Shown here piece by piece: positions 29,818-39,093 of a DNA stretch of 64,000 nucleotides. Origin of the DNA: Thiomicrorhabdus sp. (lineage in GTDB: Bacteria > Pseudomonadota > Gammaproteobacteria > Thiomicrospirales > Thiomicrospiraceae); NCBI GenBank assembly GCA_015487015.1, contig WFQP01000006.1, positions 2,184 through 66,183 of the forward strand, given 5' to 3'. Each line of letters begins with the position of its first letter. Positions within the stretch are counted from its first letter, which is position 1. A model generated the notes under the pieces. It did not search any database. It had not been told where the DNA came from and saw nothing but the letters and a program-made list of their open reading frames with translations. The position numbers were made by a program, and so were the translations under genes.

Positions 29818-30809
29818 AGAATGACCTTATGGCGACAAAGGGCTTCGACTGGGTTTTCATGGTTGCTGATCTCTAACAAGGGAATGTTGAGTTGTGTAAA
29901 TTGGTCAAATGCATTTTGCCACTGTTTTTGATACATTTGGGCATACCATTGTTGTATTTTAGGGTTGGTGCTGTTTAATGTTATGGAGCTGCTGGAGGCT
30001 CGGCTTTGAGTTAAGCTCAGAGAACCGAGGATCGGCAGTGATTTTTCTAATGGTTCCACAATGTGCAGCGCCACAATGTCATTATGACGGCGTAGCTTTT
30101 GCAAATACCCTCGACTGGTATGGCTGAGTTGTAGCATGTCGCCAATTAAAAACAGCTTACTACCGGGCTTGACCACTTGAGTGAGTTGTTTGAGGCTATT
30201 TTGCCAAAGCAACGGATTGACAGCCTCAGGCTGTTGAATACTCGATTGCATTTGAATGCTTTTTTGCAGGCTGTACAGCAGTGTGTGTTGGCTTCTTTTA
30301 GGGGCAACCCATGCTTGTTGGGTTTGATTAAAGGTAAAGCCACCCACGCGTTCATTTTGGTTTAAGGCGACCCACGCTAAAATAGCTGATACATTGAGTG
30401 CCTGATTTACTTTTAAGCGCACTTGAGAGCCAAAAAAAAGGGCAGGGGTTTGTTCTGTAACCAAAATAGTGGGGCGTTCATGCTCTTCAATAAAGACTTT
30501 GGTATGAGGTTTTTGAGTACGCGCGGTGACACGCCAGTCAATGTGACGAATGTCATCACCGGGTTGATATTGGCGTACCTCACTAAATGTCATGCCTTGA
30601 CCTTTTCGCAGTGCGTGATGACTGCCAGAGCTGCTCGACATAATACGATTTTGGTGTGCCAGTTTTTTTTGTTTCACGTGAAACCTAAAGGCCACTAACG
30701 CTTCTAGATTTGAGTACAAAGCATTTAAGGGGGGGGTAAATTTAGGTTCCGAATCCACCGCTTGATTTGTTTGCACAGGTTTACGTTTTTTAGGAAAAAA
30801 TGGCCACAT
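29814..30809 (-). CDS. DUF58 family protein
   Basis: GMTFSEVRQYQPGDDIRHIDWRVTAR. Confidence 0.92.
   Translation of the reverse strand: MWPFFPKKRKPVQTNQAVDSEPKFTPPLNALYSNLEALVAFRFHVKQKKLAHQNRIMSSSSGSHHALRKGQGMTFSEVRQYQPGDDIRHIDWRVTARTQKPHTKVFIEEHERPTILVTEQTPALFFGSQVRLKVNQALNVSAILAWVALNQNERVGGFTFNQTQQAWVAPKRSQHTLLYSLQKSIQMQSSIQQPEAVNPLLWQNSLKQLTQVVKPGSKLFLIGDMLQLSHTSRGYLQKLRRHNDIVALHIVEPLEKSLPILGSLSLTQSRASSSSITLNSTNPKIQQWYAQMYQKQWQNAFDQFTQLNIPLLEISNHENPVEALCRHKVIL
30670..30685. other. parS site (1 mismatch, within DUF58 gene)
   Basis: TGTTTCACGTGAAACC. Confidence 0.8.
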
Positions 30810-30842
30810 TATGAGTGCTGTTCCTTCATCATGAGATATCTA

Positions 30843-31832
30843 TTAAACTGCTGGCACAAAGCTGAGTATTTGGTTAATCACTTGGTTGGGCGTGATATTT
30901 TGTGCTTCGGCTTCAAAGCTTAATAGTAGTCGGTGACGAAACACATCGTGTACCACGGCTTGAATGTCGTCTGGGCTGACAAACTCTTTTCCTTGTAACC
31001 AAGCGTGTGCTCGTGCGCAGCGAGACAGTGCAATAGTGGCACGCGGACTGACACCTACGGCAATCAGTTTGGCTAAGTCTTCACTGTACTGTTGAGGGTT
31101 ACGGGTGGCCATAACCAGTTCAACCAAGTAGGTTTTCATGGCATCAGCCATATGGATGTCCAAAATAGCTCGACGAGCACTGAACAGGTCGGCCTGGCTT
31201 AAAGGTTCAAACAGTTGAGGGACAACCGCTCTGGCTTCATCTTCGACCAAGTCGAGTATTTGACGTTCACTCTCTGCATTGGGGTAGTCAATATTGACGT
31301 GCATCATAAAACGGTCTAACTGGGCTTCGGGTAGCGGGTAAGTCCCCTCCTGCTCTAATGGGTTTTGGGTGGCCATGACCATAAAAAACTTTTCCATGGG
31401 CAGGGTACGTTTACCGATACTAACCTGACCTTCTCCCATCGCTTCGAGCAACGCGGCTTGAACTTTAGCGGGCGCACGGTTAATCTCATCGGCTAAGACT
31501 AAATTATTAAAAATAGGCCCAGCTTGAAATTCAAACTCGCCTGTTTCTGGACGATAAATATCGGTACCCGTAATATCTGAAGGCAGTAAATCGGGGGTAA
31601 ATTGAATACGATGAAATTGACCTTCCAATAAGTTAGACAATACCTTAATGGCTTTAGTTTTTGCCAATCCCGGAGGACCTTCTACCAATAAATGCCCATC
31701 TGAAAGCAAGGTAATTAATAGACGTTGCGTTAAGTGGGGTTGGCCAATAATATTTTGATTAATGTGTGCTTGTAACGCTTGAAAACGTTGTGTAAGCATG
31801 TTGTTTTGATCTGTTTGCGGTGTCTCTGACAT
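30843..31832 (-). CDS. moxR: MoxR family AAA+ ATPase
   Basis: GPPGLAKT, RIQFTPDLLPSD, DEINRA, ATQNPLEQEGTYPLPEAQLDRF. Confidence 0.95.
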   Translation of the reverse strand: MSETPQTDQNNMLTQRFQALQAHINQNIIGQPHLTQRLLITLLSDGHLLVEGPPGLAKTKAIKVLSNLLEGQFHRIQFTPDLLPSDITGTDIYRPETGEFEFQAGPIFNNLVLADEINRAPAKVQAALLEAMGEGQVSIGKRTLPMEKFFMVMATQNPLEQEGTYPLPEAQLDRFMMHVNIDYPNAESERQILDLVEDEARAVVPQLFEPLSQADLFSARRAILDIHMADAMKTYLVELVMATRNPQQYSEDLAKLIAVGVSPRATIALSRCARAHAWLQGKEFVSPDDIQAVVHDVFRHRLLLSFEAEAQNITPNQVINQILSFVPAV

Positions 31833-32029
31833 GGTTGAACCATCCAAAAAGTTATAAATTAATAAAATTGATTATACTGAATATATAGGGGTGTTAAGCA
31901 AAGAAACAAGAGAGAAAATATTGAGACTTTATTAAGAGATTTTTTAGAGGTTACTTAAATCTTTTTTGTTTTAAAATAGGGAATATTATTTGTTTGTGTT
32001 GAAAGGAGGGAGGTATTAAATATCTTTGG

Positions 32030-32623
32030 TTGATTATTTTTAGTGGGGTACTTGTTTGGTCGGCTATTGACCCAAAAGACCCGTTTACATGGTTTCTTGA
32101 GGCATTTCCAGCCATAGCGGGTCTCGGTATTTTACTGTATACCTATAAGTCGTTTAGGTTGACCCCGTTGGTGTATGGGTTAATTTTAATACACAGCATT
32201 ATTTTGATGGTCGGTGCACACTACACTTATGCCGAAGTGCCGTTCTTTAATACCTTGCAAGAGTTGATGGGTTCGTCGCGTAATAATTACGATAAACTTG
32301 GCCATTTTGCACAGGGGTTTGTACCTGCACTTATTGCAAGAGAGATTGTTTTAAGAAAACATATTATTCAGGGAGCCACGTGGCAAGCTGTGTTTATTGT
32401 GGCATTTTGTTTAGCATTGAGTGCATTTTATGAATTAATTGAGTGGTGGGTGGCTCTGTTTTCAGGAGAGGGTGCTGAAGCCTTTTTGGGTACTCAAGGG
32501 TATATTTGGGATACACAGTCGGATATGGGGTTTGCCTTATTAGGTGCAATTGTTGGATTAATTTTATTGAGTAAGCTGCATGATAAACAGTTGAAGAGGT
32601 TGTTAAAAGAGAGGCTTATTTAG
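32030..32623 (+). CDS. DUF2238/YjdF family inner membrane protein (start possibly ATT at 32015)
   Basis: HYTYAEVP, RNNYDKLGHFAQG, YELIEW, FLGTQG..WDTQSDM. Confidence 0.88.
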   Translation: MIIFSGVLVWSAIDPKDPFTWFLEAFPAIAGLGILLYTYKSFRLTPLVYGLILIHSIILMVGAHYTYAEVPFFNTLQELMGSSRNNYDKLGHFAQGFVPALIAREIVLRKHIIQGATWQAVFIVAFCLALSAFYELIEWWVALFSGEGAEAFLGTQGYIWDTQSDMGFALLGAIVGLILLSKLHDKQLKRLLKERLI

Positions 32624-32629
32624 GAGGTG

Positions 32630-32650
32630 AAAGGGCTTGGTAAGCCCTTT
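32630..32650. terminator. Hairpin between convergent DUF2238 and topA
   Basis: aaagggctt-ggt-aagcccttt. Confidence 0.65.
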
Positions 32651-32674
32651 GTTAAAGGGATGATAATAGGTTTT

Positions 32675-35206
32675 TTATGCATCACTTTTTGTTTTAGAGC
32701 TGGCTTTTTTTGTAACCGTTTTCTTTTTGACCGTTGTTTTTTTCGTAGCCGATTTTTTGGTGGTGGCCTTTTTGGCCGTCGTTTTTTTAGTGGTTGTTTT
32801 CTTAGCCGCGGCCTTCTTTTTAGGTGCCGCTTTTTTTGCTTTAGCGCCAGCACGACCACGTTTTTTAGGCTCGGGTGCTTCGTCTAAACGCTTTTGGCAC
32901 TCTTCTAGGGTAAGCTCTAAAGCGTCTTCATCCTTGGCTATTTTGGCGTTCTTTTTGGTGGTGATGTCGGTAATATAAGGCCCCCAGCGACCTTTTAATA
33001 TTTTTACATCGGTGTCAGGAAAGGTTTTAATGATTTTATCGGCATCGGCTTGAATTTTGGTTTCAATGAGGGCAATGGAGTCCTCTAGACTGATTTCGAG
33101 TGGATTAAAGCCTTTCATAGGACAGTATTTTTTAACACCATACTCTAAGTAGGGGCCAAAAGGCCCTTGTTTAGCGATGATGACTTGCCCTTTTTCGACT
33201 TCAAATACCGAACCATCAACGGCGGTTGCTTTAAAGGAAGTGGGCATTTCACCTACTTCTCGTGGCAATTTGAATAGTTCTAATGCATCCTCAAGCTTAA
33301 GTAAGTCCATTTTCTGACCGGGCATGAGGCTGGCAAAAACAGGTTTTTCTTCATTTTCACCATCGCCTACTTGAACATAGGGGCCATAACGCCCAATTTT
33401 GACAAACATCGGTTTGCCACTTTGGGGATGGTTTCCGAGAAGTCGAGATTGCCCTGCTTCTTCACGAGAGACTTCTTCGGCGGCTTCCACTTTAGGGTGA
33501 AATTGTGTGTAAAACTCGTCGAGCATGTCTTGCCACTGGAGCTTTCCTTGCGCAATGACATCAAATTTTTCTTCCACTTTGGCGGTAAATTGATAGTCGA
33601 GTACATCCCCAAAATGTTTGGTTAAAAAGTTGGTGACAATGCGAGCAATATCGGTTGGAAACAGTTTATTTTTTTCACTGCCTGCCATTTCAGTTAGGCT
33701 TTCAGCTGAAACCGTGCCTTTTTCTAAGGTAATTTGACGGTAGCTACGTTCTTTACCTTCGCGATCTTCTTTGACCACATAACCACGCTGTTGAACAGTA
33801 TCAATGGTGGGGGCATAGGTAGAGGGGCGACCGATTCCCATCTCTTCGAGTGTACGGACTAAACTCGCTTCGTTATAGCGTGCAGGGGGGCGGCTAAAGC
33901 TTTGACGAGCCGTGAGTTGATCTACACTAACGGCTTGACCAACGGTCATAGGAGGCAGCAATCCTGAGTCTTTATCTGAACCAAAATCATAGACTTTTAA
34001 GAATCCTTCAAAAGTAACCACTTCACCTTTAGCTGTCAGTTTGTCATTGGGTAACGACTCTATGGCGATATCAACGGTGGTACGCTTGAGTTGAGCATCT
34101 GACATTTGTGAGGCAATAGCTCGACGCCAAATCAGTTGATATAAACGTTGTTCATTACGTTCGCCGGTGACTTGTTCGACATTAAAGTCAGTAGGGCGAA
34201 TGGCTTCATGCGCTTCTTGGGCATCGGCATTTTTAGTTTTATAGCGTTTAACATTGCTGAACTCAGAACCATAGTTTTTAAGAATGGTTTGTTTGGCTTG
34301 TTCAATGGCGGTCTCTGATAAATTCAGAGAGTCGGTTCGCATGTAGGTGATCTTTCCTGCTTCGTATAAACGTTGCGCGACGACCATTGTTTGTTTAACA
34401 GAAAAGCCAAGTTTAGCAGCGGCTTCTTGTTGCAATGTAGAGGTGGTAAAAGGGGCTTTAGGGCTTCTTTTAGCGGGCTTCTCTTCGAGTGATGCAACAG
34501 ATAAGTTTGTAGTAGATACGGCTTCAAGAAAGGCGCTGGCTTCGGCTTCTGTTTTAAAGGTTGCGGTACGCTTAACGTCAAGTTTTCCGATGGTTTTTTG
34601 ATTTTCATCGAGTAAATTTAAAGCGCCTTGTACTCGAAATACAAAGGTGGATTCAAAAGCATCCACCTCTTTTTCTCGTTCTACAATTAAGCGAACGGCA
34701 ACGGATTGAACACGCCCAGCTGACAGTCCTGAACGAATTTTTTTCCATAAGATAGGAGAGAGCTCAAACCCTACAATTCGATCCAACACACGGCGAGCTT
34801 GTTGAGCATCGACGACGTCCATATTAACAGTACGAGGTTCGGCCACGGCTTTTTGAATGGCTGGTTTGGTTATTTCGTGAAAGACGATGCGTTTGGTGGT
34901 TTTAATATCGAGTTTTAAGGCTTCGGCAAGGTGCCATGCAATGGCTTCTCCCTCGCGATCCTCATCCGTTGCCAACCATACGGCCTCAGCAGTTTTGGCA
35001 ACTTTTCTTAGCTCGGCCACGGTTTTCTTTTTATCGGGTGATATTTCATAGGTAGGCTCAAAGCGATTTTCTAAATCAATCCCCATGCCCTTTTTTTGCA
35101 TATCTCTAATATGACCGTAACTGGATAAAACGGTAAAGTCTTTGCCTAAATATTTTTCAATGGTTTTAGCCTTTGCCGGTGATTCCACGATAACCAAATT
35201 TGTCAT
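32675..35206 (-). CDS. topA: DNA topoisomerase I (type IA), zinc-ribbon-less, with Lys/Ala/Thr-rich tail
   Basis: LVIVESPAKAKTI, DEDREGEAI, SAGRVQS, ITYMRTD, GIGRPSTY; C-terminal GRYGPY/GPFGPY/GRWGPY repeats. Confidence 0.96.
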   Translation of the reverse strand: MTNLVIVESPAKAKTIEKYLGKDFTVLSSYGHIRDMQKKGMGIDLENRFEPTYEISPDKKKTVAELRKVAKTAEAVWLATDEDREGEAIAWHLAEALKLDIKTTKRIVFHEITKPAIQKAVAEPRTVNMDVVDAQQARRVLDRIVGFELSPILWKKIRSGLSAGRVQSVAVRLIVEREKEVDAFESTFVFRVQGALNLLDENQKTIGKLDVKRTATFKTEAEASAFLEAVSTTNLSVASLEEKPAKRSPKAPFTTSTLQQEAAAKLGFSVKQTMVVAQRLYEAGKITYMRTDSLNLSETAIEQAKQTILKNYGSEFSNVKRYKTKNADAQEAHEAIRPTDFNVEQVTGERNEQRLYQLIWRRAIASQMSDAQLKRTTVDIAIESLPNDKLTAKGEVVTFEGFLKVYDFGSDKDSGLLPPMTVGQAVSVDQLTARQSFSRPPARYNEASLVRTLEEMGIGRPSTYAPTIDTVQQRGYVVKEDREGKERSYRQITLEKGTVSAESLTEMAGSEKNKLFPTDIARIVTNFLTKHFGDVLDYQFTAKVEEKFDVIAQGKLQWQDMLDEFYTQFHPKVEAAEEVSREEAGQSRLLGNHPQSGKPMFVKIGRYGPYVQVGDGENEEKPVFASLMPGQKMDLLKLEDALELFKLPREVGEMPTSFKATAVDGSVFEVEKGQVIIAKQGPFGPYLEYGVKKYCPMKGFNPLEISLEDSIALIETKIQADADKIIKTFPDTDVKILKGRWGPYITDITTKKNAKIAKDEDALELTLEECQKRLDEAPEPKKRGRAGAKAKKAAPKKKAAAKKTTTKKTTAKKATTKKSATKKTTVKKKTVTKKASSKTKSDA

Positions 35207-35496
35207 ATATGCTTGCTCTATTATTATCTTTTTTAAAAACAGAAAATGTTTCCCTTTTTTAAGGGTGCAAAATTTTTAGGCATTTTGCAAACACTTAATG
35301 AGTTTTTTTATGGAAAGGGGAGCTTTACTTAAGTTGATTTATTTGGGTTGTAAGGTTTATTACTTGTTTTTTATGTACTTTTTCTTTAAAAGTGGTTTAA
35401 TGGCTACTTTAAGAGTAGAGAGTGGCAGACTATTTTTCTGTCTAGATGTGTGTTTTTAGATACAATCTAGCGCTATTTTAAGCAAGAAGGTAATTT

Positions 35497-36429
35497 GTGT
35501 TAAAAAACTGTAATACAGGTCCTATAAAAAATATATCCGTGTTGGTGGTTGGATCAAGTTCTGATTCTAAACATCACCTGCAAGAAATGCTTAAAGATCA
35601 GTCTGTCACGTTGACCTTTGCTGGAAGTGTGCAAGAAGCAAAACAGTGTATTCTTCAAGATACGTTGTCTCTGTACGATGCCTATCTATTTGATAATAGC
35701 CAATATTATGAGGATAATTTAATGCTTTTAAAAGCATTAAAAAAGAATGGTCAATATGCCGTTGTTCCAGTTATTTTTCAAGCCGATATCGAGGATATGT
35801 CTTTAGTTCAGCAGGGGTTACAGCACGGTGTTTATTTTTATTTACTAAAGCCTTATACACAAGAATTTTTATTGTCCGTTTTAAAGGCTGCTGTAACTGG
35901 GTTTGATCATCAGCAAGCGTTAAGTCAAAATTTAACGGCTTTAGAGAGTAGTAATGGGGGATTAGAGTCAAAATTGCAGGTTGCTAAATTTCATATTAAA
36001 ACGGTTGAAGACGCAAAAAGCCTTTCATGTACATTGGCGTTCATTGCCCCTAAGCCAAAAGAGGTGGCGTTGGGATTATTTGAGTTGATGACCAATGCGA
36101 TTGAACACGGCAGTTTAAATATTTCTTATCAAGAAAAAACGCACTTAATTCAAGCAAATTGTTTGCAAGCAGAAATTAACCACCGTCAAAAATTACCTAA
36201 ATATTGTAAAAAAATAGTGACAGTTGAGTTTGAACGTAAGCCTAATTTTTTACAATTTACTATTCGAGATATGGGGGAGGGGTTTGATTACATTCCGTAC
36301 CTAGATTTCTCTGTAGAGCGTGCGATGGACAGCCATGGTCGTGGGGTGATGATTGCCAATAAGCTCAGTTTTGATGAGCTGTTTTATGAAGACAATGGCT
36401 GCACCGTAGTCGGTCGAGTTTTTAATTAA
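35497..36429 (+). CDS. Receiver-like domain + HATPase (RsbW/anti-sigma-like) protein
   Basis: N-terminal REC-like fold (YLLKP); ELMTNAIEHG, IRDMGEGFD and HGRGV ATP-lid motifs. Confidence 0.8.
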   Translation: MLKNCNTGPIKNISVLVVGSSSDSKHHLQEMLKDQSVTLTFAGSVQEAKQCILQDTLSLYDAYLFDNSQYYEDNLMLLKALKKNGQYAVVPVIFQADIEDMSLVQQGLQHGVYFYLLKPYTQEFLLSVLKAAVTGFDHQQALSQNLTALESSNGGLESKLQVAKFHIKTVEDAKSLSCTLAFIAPKPKEVALGLFELMTNAIEHGSLNISYQEKTHLIQANCLQAEINHRQKLPKYCKKIVTVEFERKPNFLQFTIRDMGEGFDYIPYLDFSVERAMDSHGRGVMIANKLSFDELFYEDNGCTVVGRVFN

Positions 36430-37546
36430 GTCTGCGCCAGCGCCCTGCTGAAAGTGCTTCGATTGTTCCCGAGAGTTCTAGTAACATTAATTGGCTTTGA
36501 ATTTCATAAACGGGTTGTTTGCTCAGTACCACCAATTCATCCATTCCAATAGGTTCATAGCCAATATGCTCTAAAATGGCTGCCTGAGAGGGGGGGGATA
36601 ATTTTTGTATGGTTTGATTTTGATTGGTTTCAAATAAGTCCATACTTTGTGGTGTGAGTGAGCGTTGAAGTTGTGTGGACAGCTCTTCTAAAATGTCTTG
36701 CCCTGATTCGACCAATTTGGCACCTTGTTTAATCAATTGGTGGCAGCCTTTAGCTTGAGGGTTATTGATGGAACCCGGTACGGCAAAAACCTCTCTTCCT
36801 TGATCTGTTGCTATTTTAGCGGTAATTAAAGAGCCACTTTTGAGTGCAGCTTCGACCACCAGTGTTCCCACGCTTAACCCACTAATAATTCGATTGCGTT
36901 TAGGAAAGTGGTAGGCCAAAGGTTTGGTACCTAAAGGAAATTCTGAAACCATTACTCCCTCTTCTGCAATTTGGCGACCAAGTGTTTGATTGGCTGCTGG
37001 GTAAATACGATCTAATCCTGTTGCGACAACGGCAATGGTTTTTCCGATACCTTGAAGCCCACCTTGGTGTGCTGCGGCATCAATGCCTAAGGCGAGACCG
37101 CTGGTAATGGTGAGGCCTTGACTTGAAAGGTGTTGCGCAAAGTCCTTAGCGATAAGAGTGCCTTGTTTTGAAGCGTGACGGCTGCCTACAATGGCAATTT
37201 GAGGGTCTTGCAGAAGTTCAAAGCGTCCTCGAGTTGCGAGTAGCAGAGGGGCGTCATCTATGGTTTGAAGTAAATCTGGGTAATGAGCGTCCCCAAAGGG
37301 TAACCAGTTTTGCCCTGTCTGCTCTCCCCAGAGCATGGCCTCTTCTACCCGTTTTGGCCGTTCTGTTTCAAACCATCGGTTGAGTTGCTGGGGTTTGAGT
37401 ATATTTGTGGTAGACAGTTCTTCTTTACTGGCCAAGAGTGCATGGTTGAGGCTACCAAAGTAGGCTTGCAGTGCTTGAGCCTGTTTTAATGAAATATGGC
37501 TGATATGCAAGGCTAAAAGGCTGGGTAAGTCAGAAAAAATAGACAT
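36422..37546 (-). CDS. dprA: DNA processing protein DprA
   Basis: IAIVGSR, ITSGLALGIDAAAH, FPKRNRIISGLS, SGSLITA, GREVFAVPG. Confidence 0.95.
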   Translation of the reverse strand: MSIFSDLPSLLALHISHISLKQAQALQAYFGSLNHALLASKEELSTTNILKPQQLNRWFETERPKRVEEAMLWGEQTGQNWLPFGDAHYPDLLQTIDDAPLLLATRGRFELLQDPQIAIVGSRHASKQGTLIAKDFAQHLSSQGLTITSGLALGIDAAAHQGGLQGIGKTIAVVATGLDRIYPAANQTLGRQIAEEGVMVSEFPLGTKPLAYHFPKRNRIISGLSVGTLVVEAALKSGSLITAKIATDQGREVFAVPGSINNPQAKGCHQLIKQGAKLVESGQDILEELSTQLQRSLTPQSMDLFETNQNQTIQKLSPPSQAAILEHIGYEPIGMDELVVLSKQPVYEIQSQLMLLELSGTIEALSAGRWRRLN

Positions 37547-37605
37547 AGTTCGCTATAATATAAAGATTGATTAAAATTAAGTATAACTGAAGCCAGAAAA
37601 TAACC

Positions 37606-38112
37606 ATGGAAAAACTCGATATTGTTCTTTACCCTGATGAGGGATTAAGAGAAACTTGCGCACCCATTCCAGAAATGAATGACGCATTGGATAAACTGAT
37701 TGATGACATGTTGTATACCATGTATGACGCACCTGGAATCGGACTTGCAGCCCCTCAAGTGGCTGTGCAACAACGACTGATCGTGATGGATGTGTCTGAA
37801 AAAGGTAATCAACCAATTGTATTAATAAACCCTGAAGTGATACAAAGTGCAGGCAGTCTGACTTGGGAAGAGGGTTGTCTTTCAATGCCTGGTATTTATG
37901 CAACGATTAAACGTCCCAGTGAAATTTTGGTTCGAGGCATGAATCGAGAGGGTAAAGTTATTGAACTTGAGGCAAATGAGCTTTTGGCGGTGTGTATTCA
38001 GCATGAAATTGATCACTTAGACGGCAAAATGTTTATTGACCACCTCTCAAGGCTTAAACGAACACGTGCGATGCAACAATTTCGTAAACTGATGGAACAA
38101 AAAGAGTCTTAA
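37606..38112 (+). CDS. def: Peptide deformylase
   Basis: GIGLAAPQ, EGCLS, QHEIDHL. Confidence 0.97.
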   Translation: MEKLDIVLYPDEGLRETCAPIPEMNDALDKLIDDMLYTMYDAPGIGLAAPQVAVQQRLIVMDVSEKGNQPIVLINPEVIQSAGSLTWEEGCLSMPGIYATIKRPSEILVRGMNREGKVIELEANELLAVCIQHEIDHLDGKMFIDHLSRLKRTRAMQQFRKLMEQKES

Positions 38113-38118
38113 AATTTT

Positions 38119-39093
38119 ATGACCAATGGTTTAAATCACCCCCCTTTACGTATTATTTTTGCAGGTACTCCTGATTTTTCGGTGTCCGCTTTGCAGGCTT
38201 TACTGGATTCTGAACACGAGGTGGTTGCGGTGTATACACAGCCAGATCGACCCGCTGGACGGGGGCGAAAGTTAACAGAAAGCCCTGTTAAAATAGTGGC
38301 GTTAGAGCATAACCTTCCTATTTTTCAACCTGAAACACTTAAAGATAAGGCAGCACAGCAAACGTTGTCTTTGCTTAAGGCTGATGTGATGGTGGTGGTG
38401 GCGTATGGATTGTTGCTGCCTAAAGCGGTGTTGGATATGCCAACGTACGGCTGTTTAAATATTCATGCTTCATTACTGCCACGTTGGCGGGGAGCTGCTC
38501 CTATTCAGAGAGCGATTGAGGCGGGAGATAGCCAAAGTGGTGTAACAATTATGCAGATGGATATTGGCTTGGATACGGGCGATATGCTGTATAAAGTGAG
38601 CACTGATATTACAGCAGAAGACAATGCGGCTCGTTTACACGATCGTTTAAGTGTATTAGGTTCTACGGCATTAATGCAAACACTAAATGCGTTGCAGTCT
38701 CAACAGCTTACACCTGAAAAGCAAGATGAGTCGTGTGTAACCTATGCCAAAAAGCTCACGAAGGCAGAGGCTGAAATTCAGTGGGATGAACCAGCGGATA
38801 CTATTGTGAGAAAAATTCAGGCATTTAACCCATGGCCGGTTGCATTTACCTCGTTTAAAGAGAAGCCACTACGAATAGGGCAGGCAAGACTACTTTCTAA
38901 TGAGAAAGGGGCAACGGATCAAGGGGGGGGGAAAACTTCTGGAACGGTACTTTCGATTGATCGAGAGGGGATGGTGGTGGCCACAGGCAGTGACCCTATT
39001 TTGATTCAGCAGGTGCAACCTTCGGGTAAAAAAATGATGTCGGCCTATGATTTTGCGCAATCAAGATCACTGCTTGGACACCAGTTTTTATGA
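38119..39093 (+). CDS. fmt: Methionyl-tRNA formyltransferase
   Basis: FAGTPDF, NIHASLLPRWRGAAPIQ, GLDTGD. Confidence 0.97.
   Translation: MTNGLNHPPLRIIFAGTPDFSVSALQALLDSEHEVVAVYTQPDRPAGRGRKLTESPVKIVALEHNLPIFQPETLKDKAAQQTLSLLKADVMVVVAYGLLLPKAVLDMPTYGCLNIHASLLPRWRGAAPIQRAIEAGDSQSGVTIMQMDIGLDTGDMLYKVSTDITAEDNAARLHDRLSVLGSTALMQTLNALQSQQLTPEKQDESCVTYAKKLTKAEAEIQWDEPADTIVRKIQAFNPWPVAFTSFKEKPLRIGQARLLSNEKGATDQGGGKTSGTVLSIDREGMVVATGSDPILIQQVQPSGKKMMSAYDFAQSRSLLGHQFL

Noticed and set aside
32620-32978. Short ORFs 32620-32859, 32627-32887 and 32727-32978
   Set aside because: Alternate-frame or antisense shadows of the low-complexity Lys/Ala tail of topA
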